A stretch of 57,016 nt of DNA from Acidimicrobiia bacterium (GCA_030064765.1 JASJEG010000002.1:1-57016); one strand, 5' to 3'; shown: positions 31,400-41,800, numbered from the stretch's first letter. Notes: generated by a model not told the origin, from the sequence alone. A program made the numbers and translations.

Positions 31400-32469
31400 C
31401 TTCGGACGACACGCCCGACGGGGCCACCATCGACGGGTGGTCTTGCCCGGCACCGTTGCGTGACCAGCCCAACATCGTCATGGGTCACGGCGGGGGCGGC
31501 AAACTGTCGGCCGAGCTGATTCAGCATCTGTTCTTGCCCGCATTCAACAACGAACACCTCGAAGACCTGGGGGATGCCGCTGTCGTCGAGCTCCCCGCCG
31601 GCCGCATCGCCATGTCCACCGACAGCTTCGTCATCCGGCCCCGGGTCTTCCCCGGAGGCGATATCGGCGAGCTGGCCATCAATGGCACCGTCAACGACGT
31701 CGCCATGACCGGGGCGACCCCGCTTTATGTCAGTGTGGCGATGATCCTCGAAGAGGGCATGCCGATCGATGAGCTGGCCGCAATCACCCAGTCGATGGCC
31801 AAGGCGGCCGACCAAGCCGGCGTGCAGCTCGTCACGGGAGACACCAAGGTTGTCGACCGGGGCCACGGCGACGGGGTCTACGTCAACACCACCGGCCTCG
31901 GGATCATCCGCGACGGCATCGACATTCGCCCGCAAAACGTTGGGCCGGGAGACGTCATTCTCGTCAACGGCACCATCGGCGATCACGGCATGGCAATCAT
32001 GAGCGTGCGAGAAGGACTCGAGTTCGAGACGACTATCGAGTCGGACACGGCCGCCCTCAACCACCTCGTGGCAGCTCTCCTCGATGCTGCGATCGATGTC
32101 CGGGCGCTGCGCGATCCCACCCGGGGTGGGCTGGCGGCGACCCTCAACGAGTTTGCCGAAGCGGCCCAGGTAGGTGTCGTCGTCGAGGAGTTGAGGCTTC
32201 CGGTCAAGCGCGAGGTTGCATCGGCGTGCGAGATGCTCGGGATGGATCCCTTCTATGTCGCCAACGAAGGCAAGGTCGTAGTTGTGGTCCCTGCAGAGCA
32301 GGCCGACAAAGCGCTCGAAGTCATGCAGGCGCACGAACTGGGCACCGACGCGACCAGGATCGGCGAGATCGTGGCCAATCATCCCGGCGTTGTGGTTGCG
32401 AAGACCGCAATTGGCGCCACCCGGGTCGTCGACACCCAGGTCGGCGAGCAGCTTCCCCGCATCTGCTAG
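31396..32469 (+). CDS. hypE: Hydrogenase maturation protein HypE (AIR-synthase-like, C-terminal PRIC)
   Basis: ATG 31396 overlaps the hypD stop (ATGA). [10 protein letters not shown] and the C-terminal ...GEQLPRIC with the cyanated Cys are present. Confidence 0.9.
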   Translation: MTSDDTPDGATIDGWSCPAPLRDQPNIVMGHGGGGKLSAELIQHLFLPAFNNEHLEDLGDAAVVELPAGRIAMSTDSFVIRPRVFPGGDIGELAINGTVNDVAMTGATPLYVSVAMILEEGMPIDELAAITQSMAKAADQAGVQLVTGDTKVVDRGHGDGVYVNTTGLGIIRDGIDIRPQNVGPGDVILVNGTIGDHGMAIMSVREGLEFETTIESDTAALNHLVAALLDAAIDVRALRDPTRGGLAATLNEFAEAAQVGVVVEELRLPVKREVASACEMLGMDPFYVANEGKVVVVVPAEQADKALEVMQAHELGTDATRIGEIVANHPGVVVAKTAIGATRVVDTQVGEQLPRIC

Positions 32470-32502
32470 TCGGTTGGCTCGAACGACTCGACGGCATCAA
32501 CC

Positions 32503-32556
32503 CCGTTCTTGCGTAACGAGCGGCCGATATGCGCCGCCAGTTACGCAAGAAGCGTT
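32503..32556 (+). repeat. Palindromic intergenic repeat, copy D
   Basis: ccgttcttGCGTAACgaGCGGCcgatatgcGCCGCCAGTTACGCAAGAAGCG. Same family with two stem mismatches, 34 nt after the hypE stop. Confidence 0.7.
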
Positions 32557-32620
32557 GGTAAAGGGCGGGGTGTTCGCCGCCGATGAAACCTCTTGGGTCC
32601 CAGGCTGCCTCGATTGACTC

Positions 32621-34246
32621 ATGAAGGGGGTGGCGGCGATGGACGAAGCGATCGACCTACGCGCTGACGACCGCGATCTGCCCTCGCATCGGGCGGCAGA
32701 TGCCCGGTCGCGCTTTCTCGTCAATACGAGCCAGGAGATACGCAGCTACGTTGACGACATCGTCGCCAACACTGCAGAAGTCCTCGACTCCGAGCTGACA
32801 CTCGAGCAACGTGGTGCCCTGGTTGGTATCCAGACCTCCGCCGCCTCGTTGCTCACGCTGGTCAACGACCTTCACGACGTCTCCCGACTGGAAGATGGCG
32901 ACTTCATTCTGGAAGAGACGCCTTTCCTGCTGCGACGCACCATCGATCACCTCGTGAAGATGCACTCTTCAGCTGCCACCGAGAAGGGGCTCGACCTGAC
33001 TCATGAATTCCAGCCCGGCCTGCCGGATTGGCTGGTCGGAGATCCCGGCCGGTTCCGCCAGATGATCTCCAATCTCGTGGACAATGCGATCAAGTTCACC
33101 AATGTTGGCGCAGTACGGATCCTGGTCGAGGGGGAACAGAATCGAGTGGGCGGGATCACCCTCCACATTTCCATCATCGATACCGGCATCGGCATCCCTG
33201 AGGATGCCCAGGAACGTATCTTCGAGTGGTTCACCCAAGGGAACACCGCCACGGCCCGCAACTTCGGTGGCATCGGCCTTGGCCTCCCGATGGCGGCCCG
33301 CATCGCCGGGCGCATGGGTGGCCACATCTGGGTCGAGAGCAACACCGGAGTCGGCAGCACATTCCACTGCACCGCCTCGCTTCACGTGGGGGATGAGCCC
33401 GACGAGACTCCCAAGATCATCGAGGCTTTCATGGCCGCGTCGGCGGAGATTCCTGTACTGGTCATCTCCGATATCGAGGAAGAGCGCCGCCGCCTAGTCA
33501 CAACGCTCGGCGAGAGTTCGATGTCGCCGATTGCCGTGGCTCAGCTGGAGCCGGCATTCGGTGCCATGAAACGTGCCGCGGAGCGCGAGAGCCCGATCCG
33601 TGCCGTGGTGCTGGCGATGGAGGACGACCCGTTCATGGTGTTCGAGCGCTTCAGCTCGGCGCTCGCCGACCGGATCCCGGTTGTCATCACCGTTCCGTCG
33701 GGCAAGCGAGGCGATGCCACCCTGTGCCGTCAGCTGGGAGTCGCCGGCTACCTGGCCGGTCCAATCGCCCCCGGCGACGTTGGTGATACGGTCCGGGCCG
33801 TTATCCAACTGGCCGAGCAGGGAGACACCGCGACGCTGGTCACCAGCCACTGGCTCCGAGAAGGCCGCCACAGTCTCAAGGTGCTCATCGCCGATGACAG
33901 CCCCACCAACCTGCGGCTGACAACCCGCATGCTCGAGAATCGCGACCATTCGGTGACGGCCGTCGAGAACGGTCGGCTGGCGCTAGAGGCGTTACGGATG
34001 GGGGACTTCGACGTTGTGCTCATGGACCTGCAGATGCCGGTCATGGATGGCATCGAAGCCACGGCCGCAATCCGGGCCGAGGAGAGTCGCGGCCGACCCC
34101 ACGTACCAATCGTGGCAATCACCGCCTACGACGACCGGCAGCGGTGCATGGAGGCGGGCATGGACGGCTACCTCGAAAAGCCCTACCGCCCTCAGGAACT
34201 CTTCGAGACCGTCGAACGTATGGCGGCCGCGGTGGAGCAGGGCTGA
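32621..34246 (+). CDS. Hybrid sensor kinase-like protein (degenerate HisKA, HATPase_c, pseudo-receiver, C-terminal receiver)
   Basis: H-box position reads FLVNTSQEIRSYV, with Gln at 32732-34 where the His is expected. N box NLVDNAIKFT, G1 DTGIGI and G2 GGIGLGL are present. The C-terminal REC has the acidic pocket (LIADDSP), the phospho-Asp (VVLMDLQMPVMDG) and the Lys (YLEKP). Confidence 0.8.
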   Translation: MKGVAAMDEAIDLRADDRDLPSHRAADARSRFLVNTSQEIRSYVDDIVANTAEVLDSELTLEQRGALVGIQTSAASLLTLVNDLHDVSRLEDGDFILEETPFLLRRTIDHLVKMHSSAATEKGLDLTHEFQPGLPDWLVGDPGRFRQMISNLVDNAIKFTNVGAVRILVEGEQNRVGGITLHISIIDTGIGIPEDAQERIFEWFTQGNTATARNFGGIGLGLPMAARIAGRMGGHIWVESNTGVGSTFHCTASLHVGDEPDETPKIIEAFMAASAEIPVLVISDIEEERRRLVTTLGESSMSPIAVAQLEPAFGAMKRAAERESPIRAVVLAMEDDPFMVFERFSSALADRIPVVITVPSGKRGDATLCRQLGVAGYLAGPIAPGDVGDTVRAVIQLAEQGDTATLVTSHWLREGRHSLKVLIADDSPTNLRLTTRMLENRDHSVTAVENGRLALEALRMGDFDVVLMDLQMPVMDGIEATAAIRAEESRGRPHVPIVAITAYDDRQRCMEAGMDGYLEKPYRPQELFETVERMAAAVEQG

Positions 34247-34249
34247 GTC

Positions 34250-34990
34250 TCAGCCGACGAGCCGTAGCTCGGCCAAATAGTGGGCGCCCTCGTAGGCGGT
34301 GTCGACGAGTTCCCATCCACATGGTGCCGCCACCTCCGCCAAACGTTCCACGGGGAGGAACCAGTAGTCGAACCAAGGTGTGGCCAGCCGGTGCCACCTG
34401 ACCCTGATTCGCAGCTGACCCGGTTCCCGGCCCCGTTCCCGGTTCATCTGGTGATAGTCGAGATTGACCGGATCGTCGGTGTCCAGCGGATTGAGATTGG
34501 TCCCGATGATCCTGGCCCCCGACGCAGCCATTCGGCGCAGCGCATCGAGGAAGGGTGGAGCCTGATCCGGCCCGGCGAGTAACCCGTAGTTGTGGCCCAT
34601 GAGGAGGAAGGTGTCGAAGGGGACCGGATCCTGGTCCGCCAGTTCGAAGATGGTTCCCAGGAACGTCTGCTCGACACCCTGCCGTTGGCATACGGCAACA
34701 CATCCCGGGGACACGTCCAGCGCGACTACATCGTGGCCGCGCTTCTGCAGAGCGACAGAGAACCGGCCACCGCCGGCCCCAACGTCGAGCACCCTGCCGA
34801 CCACCCGATCCGGCACAGACTCTTCGACTGCGAACCAGTCGCCGATCTCGGTGAAGTAGAGGTCGGCCGGGTCCGCAGTGACATCGCCATCGTCGCGTTC
34901 GACAATGTGAACCCCCGCTTCCGAACCCTCGTCGAGGTGGGCGAGGAGCGCCGCACCGAGGGCGTCTCCGATCGCAGGTTCCGAGATCAC
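34250..34990 (-). CDS. Class I SAM-dependent methyltransferase
   Basis: Motif I VLDVGAGGGRFSVAL followed by the acidic motif II DVVALDVS. Confidence 0.8.
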   Translation of the reverse strand: MISEPAIGDALGAALLAHLDEGSEAGVHIVERDDGDVTADPADLYFTEIGDWFAVEESVPDRVVGRVLDVGAGGGRFSVALQKRGHDVVALDVSPGCVAVCQRQGVEQTFLGTIFELADQDPVPFDTFLLMGHNYGLLAGPDQAPPFLDALRRMAASGARIIGTNLNPLDTDDPVNLDYHQMNRERGREPGQLRIRVRWHRLATPWFDYWFLPVERLAEVAAPCGWELVDTAYEGAHYLAELRLVG

Positions 34991-35075
34991 GAGGCGATTG
35001 TGTCACGACCAGTTCGTGCAGGGAAGTATCTCGGCTCCGGAATCCGACCCGAACGATTCCGTTACGATTCTTGGG

Positions 35076-36047
35076 ATGTCGCTTGCCGATCCCGTTCCCA
35101 GCAAACAGATCAAGCTGCTCTCCTGGGGTGTGTTGTGGTTGACCGTGGCCGTTGTGGTGGGTGGTGCTCTGGTGCGGGCCACCGACTCCGGCGCCGGCTG
35201 TGGTGAGTCTTGGCCAATCTGCGGCGGTCAGTTGATTCCCGACATAGGCAACTACCACACGGCGATAGAAGTCAGCCATCGACTGATGACCGGGCTGCTT
35301 GGGTTCGTGCTGCTTGCCTTGTTCGTGCTGGTGCGACGCGACTTCGACAAGGCGCACCGGTTGCGCCGCGCCGTCTTCGCTGCGGGTGTGTTGCTCATCA
35401 TCGAGTCCCTGCTCGGGGCTTCGCTCGTGTTGTTCGGATGGGTCGAGTTCGACGCTTCGATTGCCCGGCTCATCGTCGTGCCGTTGCATCTGGTCAACAC
35501 GTTCCTGCTGGTTGGGGCCATGACACTTGTTGCTTTCTTTGCGTCGGGGGGCCTCGGCTTTCGGATCGATACGGGCAAGCGACGGGATCAGCTCGTGCTG
35601 GTCGGCCTCGGGATCGTGTTGCTGATCGGTGCCACCGGTGCCCTCAACGCACTGGCCGATACCCTGATTCAGTCGGATGCGCTCGCCGAAACGGTGCCGG
35701 GAGAGGTTCAAGTCACCGAGCCGGTGCTCCGCAAGATTCGGACGATCCATCCCTTCGTTTCCATCATCGGTGGGCTGGCCTTGTTCATGCTGGTGCGCTA
35801 CCTCGCCGAAGGTGCCGGGAGAACCGTGAGGTTGTTGGCCCTTGGTATCCAGGGCATCGTGTGGCTGCAGTTCTTCGTTGGCCTGCTCAACATCGCTCTG
35901 GAGGTGCCGTTGGAGACCCAGCTCATCCACCTATTCATCGCCGATGTGCTGTGGATTGCCGTCGTTCTCCTGGGGTCACACCTGATCGGGGGAACCACCG
36001 GCGCCCGGATGGGGCAGTCGGACAAGCCCGTTGCTGAACCCGTATGA
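35076..36047 (+). CDS. ctaA: Heme A synthase (COX15/CtaA family)
   Basis: Start at ATG 35076 (MSLADPV); the ORF track begins at TTG 34998. LVRATDSGAGCGESWPICGGQLIP, conserved His residues (EVSHRLM, PLHLVNT) and 8 hydrophobic segments are present. It overlaps ctaB by 4 nt. Confidence 0.85.
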   Translation: MSLADPVPSKQIKLLSWGVLWLTVAVVVGGALVRATDSGAGCGESWPICGGQLIPDIGNYHTAIEVSHRLMTGLLGFVLLALFVLVRRDFDKAHRLRRAVFAAGVLLIIESLLGASLVLFGWVEFDASIARLIVVPLHLVNTFLLVGAMTLVAFFASGGLGFRIDTGKRRDQLVLVGLGIVLLIGATGALNALADTLIQSDALAETVPGEVQVTEPVLRKIRTIHPFVSIIGGLALFMLVRYLAEGAGRTVRLLALGIQGIVWLQFFVGLLNIALEVPLETQLIHLFIADVLWIAVVLLGSHLIGGTTGARMGQSDKPVAEPV

Positions 36048-36943
36048 CCAACCCGGCCGTTCGTATCACCAATCCGCGGACCGAGACTCCGCTGCTCAAG
36101 ACCTATGTCGAGCTGATGAAGCTGCGGATAATCGAGCTTCTCCTGATCACAACTCTGCCGGCGATGGTGGCCGCGGCCGGTGGCTGGCCCGGCTGGTGGC
36201 TTGCCTTTGCCACCCTCCTGGGAGGAACTCTCTCCTCCGCTGGTGCCAACGCCATCAACCAGGTGATAGACCGAGACATCGACAAGCTGATGAGCCGAAC
36301 CCGGGGTCGACCGCTTCCCACGGATCGCGTGTCCCCGCGGGCCGTCATGGCTTTCGGTGTGGCTTTGGGAGCGGCTGGTTTCTTGTGGCTCTGGGCGACG
36401 ACCAACCTCTTGGCGGCCACCCTGTCGACGATCGGGCTGCTGTTCTATGTGTTCGTCTACTCGCTGCTGCTCAAGCGCACCACCACCCAGAACATCGTCA
36501 TTGGTGGGGCGGCTGGCGCGGTCCCGGTGCTGGTGGGCTGGGCGGCGGTCAACAACAACCTCGAGCTACCGGCTTGGATCATGTTCGCCATCGTGTTCTT
36601 CTGGACCCCGCCCCACTTCTGGGCGCTGGCCATTCGGTACCGGGAGGACTACGAACGGGCCGGAGTTCCCATGCTTCCTGTTGTCGTGGGAGAGAAGCGG
36701 GCAATCGATCACATGCTGGCCTACACGGTGGTCCTCGTTGGGGCGACGCTGTTGCTCTATGCCACCGGTCCTGTCGGGTGGCTGTATCTGAGCGTTGCTG
36801 CGGTCGCCGGGGTGGCGTTTCTCGCGGGCACCTGGATGCTGCGCGACCACCCGGAGGCAGCAATGAAGTACTTCGGGTACTCGAACGTTTATCTGAGCGT
36901 CATCTTCATCGCCATCGCGGGCGACGTGTTGGTGCTGGCGTGA
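36044..36943 (+). CDS. ctaB: Protoheme IX farnesyltransferase (heme O synthase)
   Basis: GANAINQVIDRDIDKLMSRTRGRPLP and WTPPHFWALA are UbiA-family/CyoE-CtaB signatures. Confidence 0.9.
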   Translation: MTNPAVRITNPRTETPLLKTYVELMKLRIIELLLITTLPAMVAAAGGWPGWWLAFATLLGGTLSSAGANAINQVIDRDIDKLMSRTRGRPLPTDRVSPRAVMAFGVALGAAGFLWLWATTNLLAATLSTIGLLFYVFVYSLLLKRTTTQNIVIGGAAGAVPVLVGWAAVNNNLELPAWIMFAIVFFWTPPHFWALAIRYREDYERAGVPMLPVVVGEKRAIDHMLAYTVVLVGATLLLYATGPVGWLYLSVAAVAGVAFLAGTWMLRDHPEAAMKYFGYSNVYLSVIFIAIAGDVLVLA

Positions 36944-37125
36944 TGGAGGACGCAATGCGCATCGTGGCAACGGCCGTTGTCGGACTCGGACTGCTCCTGA
37001 TCCTGTGGCTCGAGCTGGCCGCGGCAGGGGAGCGCCGCACGGTGGGACCGCTCCGGGACATCTTCGAGGTGTTGGTGCCCGTAGCGGCAACCGTTGCCCT
37101 CGTTGTCGGTGTCTGGGTCTACTAG
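36943..37125 (+). CDS. Small two-helix membrane protein, translationally coupled to ctaB
   Basis: ATG 36943 shares its A with the ctaB TGA (TGATG). 60 aa: MEDAMRIVATAVVGLGLLLILWLELAAAGE...LVPVAATVALVVGVWVY. No family recognised. Confidence 0.45.
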   Translation: MEDAMRIVATAVVGLGLLLILWLELAAAGERRTVGPLRDIFEVLVPVAATVALVVGVWVY

Positions 37126-37802
37126 ATCGAGTACGAATACCGCTCCGGGACCAACGCCGTCTTGTCGGGCCGGAACCCGATTCTGGTGAAGTAGTCCCGC
37201 TGGTCCTGCGTCGTGACTCGAGTCCACGCCACCCGGCTCCCGGTCTCTCGGGTGATTCCGGAGTCCTCTGAGTACAACCAGTTGGCCAGCTTGAAGTCGC
37301 GGTACTGCGGGATTACGTAGTCGAGCAGAACCTCGAACGAACTACCCCCATGGAGCCTTGCGACCAGCAAGCCCGCCGGGACCATGTCCCGCAGCATGAA
37401 CACGGCGATCACGTCGGGCGCCGGTTCGTAGACGAAGTCGGGCTGGTACCGCGTGGCTATGTCGTCCTCGTAGAAGTCGAGGAAGTACCGCAAGTAGCGG
37501 CCGTCCGGGCGCAGCCGCAAGATCGTGAAGACCTCGCTCTTGAGGCGTACCAGCTTGCGCAGGTAGTACAGGTGGATCGAGGCGGCGACGATATTGACGA
37601 CCGCGATTGGATACGCCTCGATGGAGACGCTGTAGATGAGAAACGTCAATGAGGCCACCAGGCCGATGGTGCGCAACCGCAGGATCGACTTCTGCAGCAG
37701 CGACAGGATCACAAGGCCGGATCCCAGGTAGCCGATAACCTCGACGAGTGTTTCGTTCACGCCGTGGATCGTAGTGAGCGGTCCCGCTACCTTTGCATCC
37801 AT
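37122..37802 (-). CDS. Membrane protein (YgjV-like N-terminal TM region + soluble C-terminal domain)
   Basis: Start chosen at MDAKV (37802) to avoid overlap with the divergent gene. There are three hydrophobic helices in the first ~90 aa. The family call is tentative. Confidence 0.5.
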   Translation of the reverse strand: MDAKVAGPLTTIHGVNETLVEVIGYLGSGLVILSLLQKSILRLRTIGLVASLTFLIYSVSIEAYPIAVVNIVAASIHLYYLRKLVRLKSEVFTILRLRPDGRYLRYFLDFYEDDIATRYQPDFVYEPAPDVIAVFMLRDMVPAGLLVARLHGGSSFEVLLDYVIPQYRDFKLANWLYSEDSGITRETGSRVAWTRVTTQDQRDYFTRIGFRPDKTALVPERYSYSI

Positions 37803-37815
37803 CGGAGGGAGGGTG

Positions 37816-38865
37816 ATGGCGCACGACACCGCACCGATCAGAGATGATGAGCGCTTCGACGAGAGAAGGGTTGCGTCCTACCTGCGCACTCACCTCCCCG
37901 AACTTGTCGGCGTTGACCCGATCGTGTTCGACCAGTTTCCCGGTGGGGCCGCCAATCTGACGTACCGGGCCGTCGCCGGCGACAGGGAGCTGGTGCTGCG
38001 GCGGGCACCGCACGGCCCGGTTGCTGAGCGCGGCCACGATATGGAGCGGGAGCACCATGTGCTGTCGCGATTGTGGAAGGCCTACCCCAAAGCGCCGCGG
38101 TCGTATCACTTCTGTTCCGACCCCGAGGTGCTCGGCAAGCCATTCTTCGTGATGGAGCGGCGGCGTGGCTGGGTGATCCGCAATCAATGGCCGCAGCGCT
38201 ATGTCGATGACGACGCTCTCAAGACTCGGTTGGCCGGCGCGCTGGTCGACGGCCTTGCTGAGCTCCACAGGGTCGATACTCGGGACGTTGGGCTGGGGGA
38301 CTTGGGAAGACCCGACGGGTTTGTTGAACGGCAGGTTGCTGGGTGGACCCGACGCTGGCATGCCGCCAAGACTCGGGAAGTACCTGCGATGGACAAGGCA
38401 TCCACGGCGCTTGTGTCGAATCCGCCCCGACCCGGGCCAACCACGATCCTGCACAACGACTACAAGCTGGACAACACGATGGCCGACGCCGACGGTGCCC
38501 TGGTGGCGGTGTTCGACTGGGACATGGCGACCCGCGGAGACGCCCTGGTCGACCTCGGCACGCTGCTGGCCTACTGGCCGGATCCGGAGGCGGCAACCTT
38601 TCAGATCTTCGGGGAGCAAGGGGTGATGCTGGCCCCGTATCTGGCCAAGAGCGACGTCGTGGACCGGTATGCGGCGGCAACCGGGCACGATGTGAGCGAC
38701 TTCAGTTACTACGAGGGTCTGGCGTTGTTTCGGATTGCAGTGATCGTCGAACAGATCTACCACCGCTACATCAAGGGGCAGACGGCTGATGACCGATTCG
38801 CCCGTTTCGAGCCGATTGCGCCGATCCTGGCTGAAGCTGCGTGCGAAAGGCTGGCGCGTCCCTAG
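37816..38865 (+). CDS. Phosphotransferase (APH/choline-kinase-like) family protein
   Basis: ATG 37816 (MAHDT). Catalytic HNDYKLDN and metal-binding FDWDMATRGD motifs are present. Confidence 0.8.
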   Translation: MAHDTAPIRDDERFDERRVASYLRTHLPELVGVDPIVFDQFPGGAANLTYRAVAGDRELVLRRAPHGPVAERGHDMEREHHVLSRLWKAYPKAPRSYHFCSDPEVLGKPFFVMERRRGWVIRNQWPQRYVDDDALKTRLAGALVDGLAELHRVDTRDVGLGDLGRPDGFVERQVAGWTRRWHAAKTREVPAMDKASTALVSNPPRPGPTTILHNDYKLDNTMADADGALVAVFDWDMATRGDALVDLGTLLAYWPDPEAATFQIFGEQGVMLAPYLAKSDVVDRYAAATGHDVSDFSYYEGLALFRIAVIVEQIYHRYIKGQTADDRFARFEPIAPILAEAACERLARP

Positions 38866-41800
38866 TCGTCGAGCAATCGACCAACGATGAGGAATGGAGT
38901 GTCCTCGTCAAAGCCCGTGTTTGGTCGGAAGGCGGAGCCCGGAACGAGGATCGTATCGGTGCCCACCGCCGGCGGCGAGGCCCACCACCATTCGGCATCG
39001 GGGTGCCAGAGGGCCAAGTTGCCGGCCCGCTCCCAGGTCGTACCGTCCGGCGATAGGTAGAGCGGGCGGGGTGGCGGTCGGTCGCTGTAGAAGTCGACCG
39101 CAATGGCCATCAGACCCAGCGGACCGGAGCCGAGGTCATATGCCCCTACCGGTTCTCCGGATGTTGTGACGACCCGCTCCCATTCGCCGCCATCGGGCGA
39201 GCTCCACAGTTGTTCACACGGCCCGGTGGAGCAGTCGGTGTGTGTTCCCTCTCCAACAGCGAAGTACCGACCCTTGTGGCGCTGCAGGTTCCATATGTAG
39301 CCGGTTTCTTCGATGACGGTCGTGGCGGCAACCTCATCCCAGTCGTATCCGTCCGGGCTGAGCCAGATTCGCAGTGACGGTGGCCAGCCCTGGATTGTTC
39401 CCAGCAAGAATCCCTCGTCCGATCCCTCGAGACCCATGATGTCTGCGTCAGCCGAGAAAGGGGCGGCCGGGAGTGTGGTTCTTCGGGGCACATTGTCAGG
39501 CCCGATGAGCCAGGCTTGGCGAAACTCGGGGCTTCCCATCGAGTCCTCACTCCATTCGAATGTGACGACCAAGGCGGTCTCGCCGCTCGTTGCGAGATGG
39601 CCGACGTCGTAGAACCGGCCGGCCTCCTCGCTGCCCGGCAGATCGATTGCGGTCCACTCGTCGCCGTCGTAGAAGGTGAGGAATGATCTCTCCCGCTCCC
39701 AGGCTTGGCCGATGAGCCCATCACGGAGCGGTTGTAGATTCCACAAGCCGTCAAAGTCGGGCTGGCCGCTCATCCGCTGCCAGGTGAGGCCATCCTGCGA
39801 AGTCCACAGGCTCACTTCGTCGGTCCAACGCTGCGGTTCACCGTGCCCGACAGCGATGAAGCCATCCCGGTAGTGGGTTATCCAGTTGAGGTGGGCGACC
39901 GGGACGGGAGCAGGTTCGAGCCACGACCATTCCATGGTTCCGAGCCTTGTCTCGATGATCCGGGTATCTCCCGGGCGCAGCAACCCGGCGATGAACTCCT
40001 CGGTTACTCGGAGGTGGACCGGGGCCGACTCCGGGGTGAACACCGGATCGATCGTTGCGGTAGCGGGGTCGTCCATGAGCGCTTGGGTCGATGAGTCGGC
40101 AAATCCGACGCCGTCTATCAGCATCTGCCACATGTGTGCAGACGGCGCGGTGGACAGGAGAACCTGCTTGATGGCGCCGTCTTCGACAACGATCTCGGCG
40201 GTTCCTGCATGGTCCTCATTCGAGTATGTCGCCAGCAGATCCGACGCCACATCAAAATCGCATGACACGCGCAAGCTGTCGACCTCACCCAAGCGCATGC
40301 GGGTTCGGCACTCGCCGAGATCGATCCGGGTGTTTATTGCGCGCAGGTAGTCGAAGGTGGCGGCGACCGAGTCAGGGTCGATGGCCTCGGTTGCCTCGTC
40401 CCACCAGGGGAGATCGGCACGGCCCAGCGACGGGATCTGGAATCGGGCCGGCTGCTCGGGCAGGAGCGCGACGACTGCGTTGGTGTTTTGTCGCTCGACG
40501 GCGTCGAAGTAGGCCATGGCCAGCTCCACGCCCGCGGCCTCCAACTCGCTGGTGTCCCAGGTGGAATGCCAGGCCTGCGGTGTTTCCCGATCGGAGCCGC
40601 CAACAACGGTGATGTTGGCGCCGGAGACGCTTGCGGCACGAGCCCAGCCCTGCAGCGCCGGATCGGGGTAGTCGATCCTCCACGAATCGCCCCCGTCGAC
40701 CGATGTCCACACGGCTGGTGTCTGCGGGCTGTGAACTCCCGCCCACCCGGCGATTGCGATGCGCCGCCCCTGCGCGACCGCTGAGATCGGCGACTGTCGC
40801 AGGCGCACCGTGTGAGGCTGCGAGTCGATGTCGAGGCGATCGGACGAGCCGTCGGCCCATTCCACCACAGCGCTGCTGTCGCTGATCCCGACCACCTCGA
40901 TCAAGCCGACGTTGGTCAACACTTGCGAGCCCTCAACCACGCGATGCTCCTGCCCGTCTATGGCTACAAGCGCCTCTTCGGCGTTCCTGGTGCCCTTCAA
41001 TTCAATCGCAACGCTGTGTCCTCGCAGGGCCGCGTCGGCCGATGCGATCCGGCTCCAGGCAGCGCCGTCCGATGAACGCCACACGGCGATTCCGTCGTTG
41101 GCTTCTCCCACGGCCAGCAACCCGTCGGCCGTGGCTGTGATGTCCACAACGGTGCCCCAGGAAGCAGGGAGAAGGTCATCGCCCAGCCCGCTGGTTTCTT
41201 CCCAATCGACCCCGTCCCGGGAGCGATAGATGGCGGCTTGCTCGCTATTCCGTTCCTGGCCCGCTGCATAGAACCAATCGCCGACGCCGGTCAGCGAGTT
41301 GACGAGGATCTGATCGAACGCCGCGCCCGCGGGGTAACGGCTCCACTCGAGACCGTCCTGCGAGCTCCAGATTGTGTGCGTGCCCTCCATGGCGGCAACG
41401 GCCAGCAGCGTGTCGGTAGCGGCAAGCCCAATCAGAGTGTGGCCGCCCATATCAGCCACAGGTCCGTGGTAGGTCCATTGGCGGCGATTGGGTGCCGTCC
41501 ACAGACCGACATCATCAGCCACTGCGCCCAGTGCCACGATGCCGCCGTTCCATACCACAGCATGGTCGATGCTGGAATCCGGATTCTCTGGATGCTCGAA
41601 TTGCGACACCTCGCGCCAGGCAGAACCGGTTCCCGTAACCCACGCTGCGGCGCCCTCGTCGTCGTGCCCGATCGCAAACAGCGAGGTGTTGTGGCGCAGG
41701 AGGTCATTGATACGGCCCGGCCACTCGAAGGGCACCGACTCCCAAGCCTCGGTCGCAGCCGAGCCGGTCGAGGTCAGGTCTATCAGTTCCGGACTGACCG

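Noticed and set aside
34119-35930. 603-aa ORF on the minus strand spanning the methyltransferase/ctaA region
   Set aside because: It is antisense to two well-supported genes (SAM-MTase motifs, CtaA motifs). The translation is Arg/Pro/Gly-rich with no motif. This is the typical long shadow ORF of high-GC DNA.
37342-38763. 473-aa minus-strand ORF
   Set aside because: It is antisense to the phosphotransferase gene, which has clear HNDYKLDN/FDWD motifs. Its composition is Arg/Pro-rich and no family signature is present.
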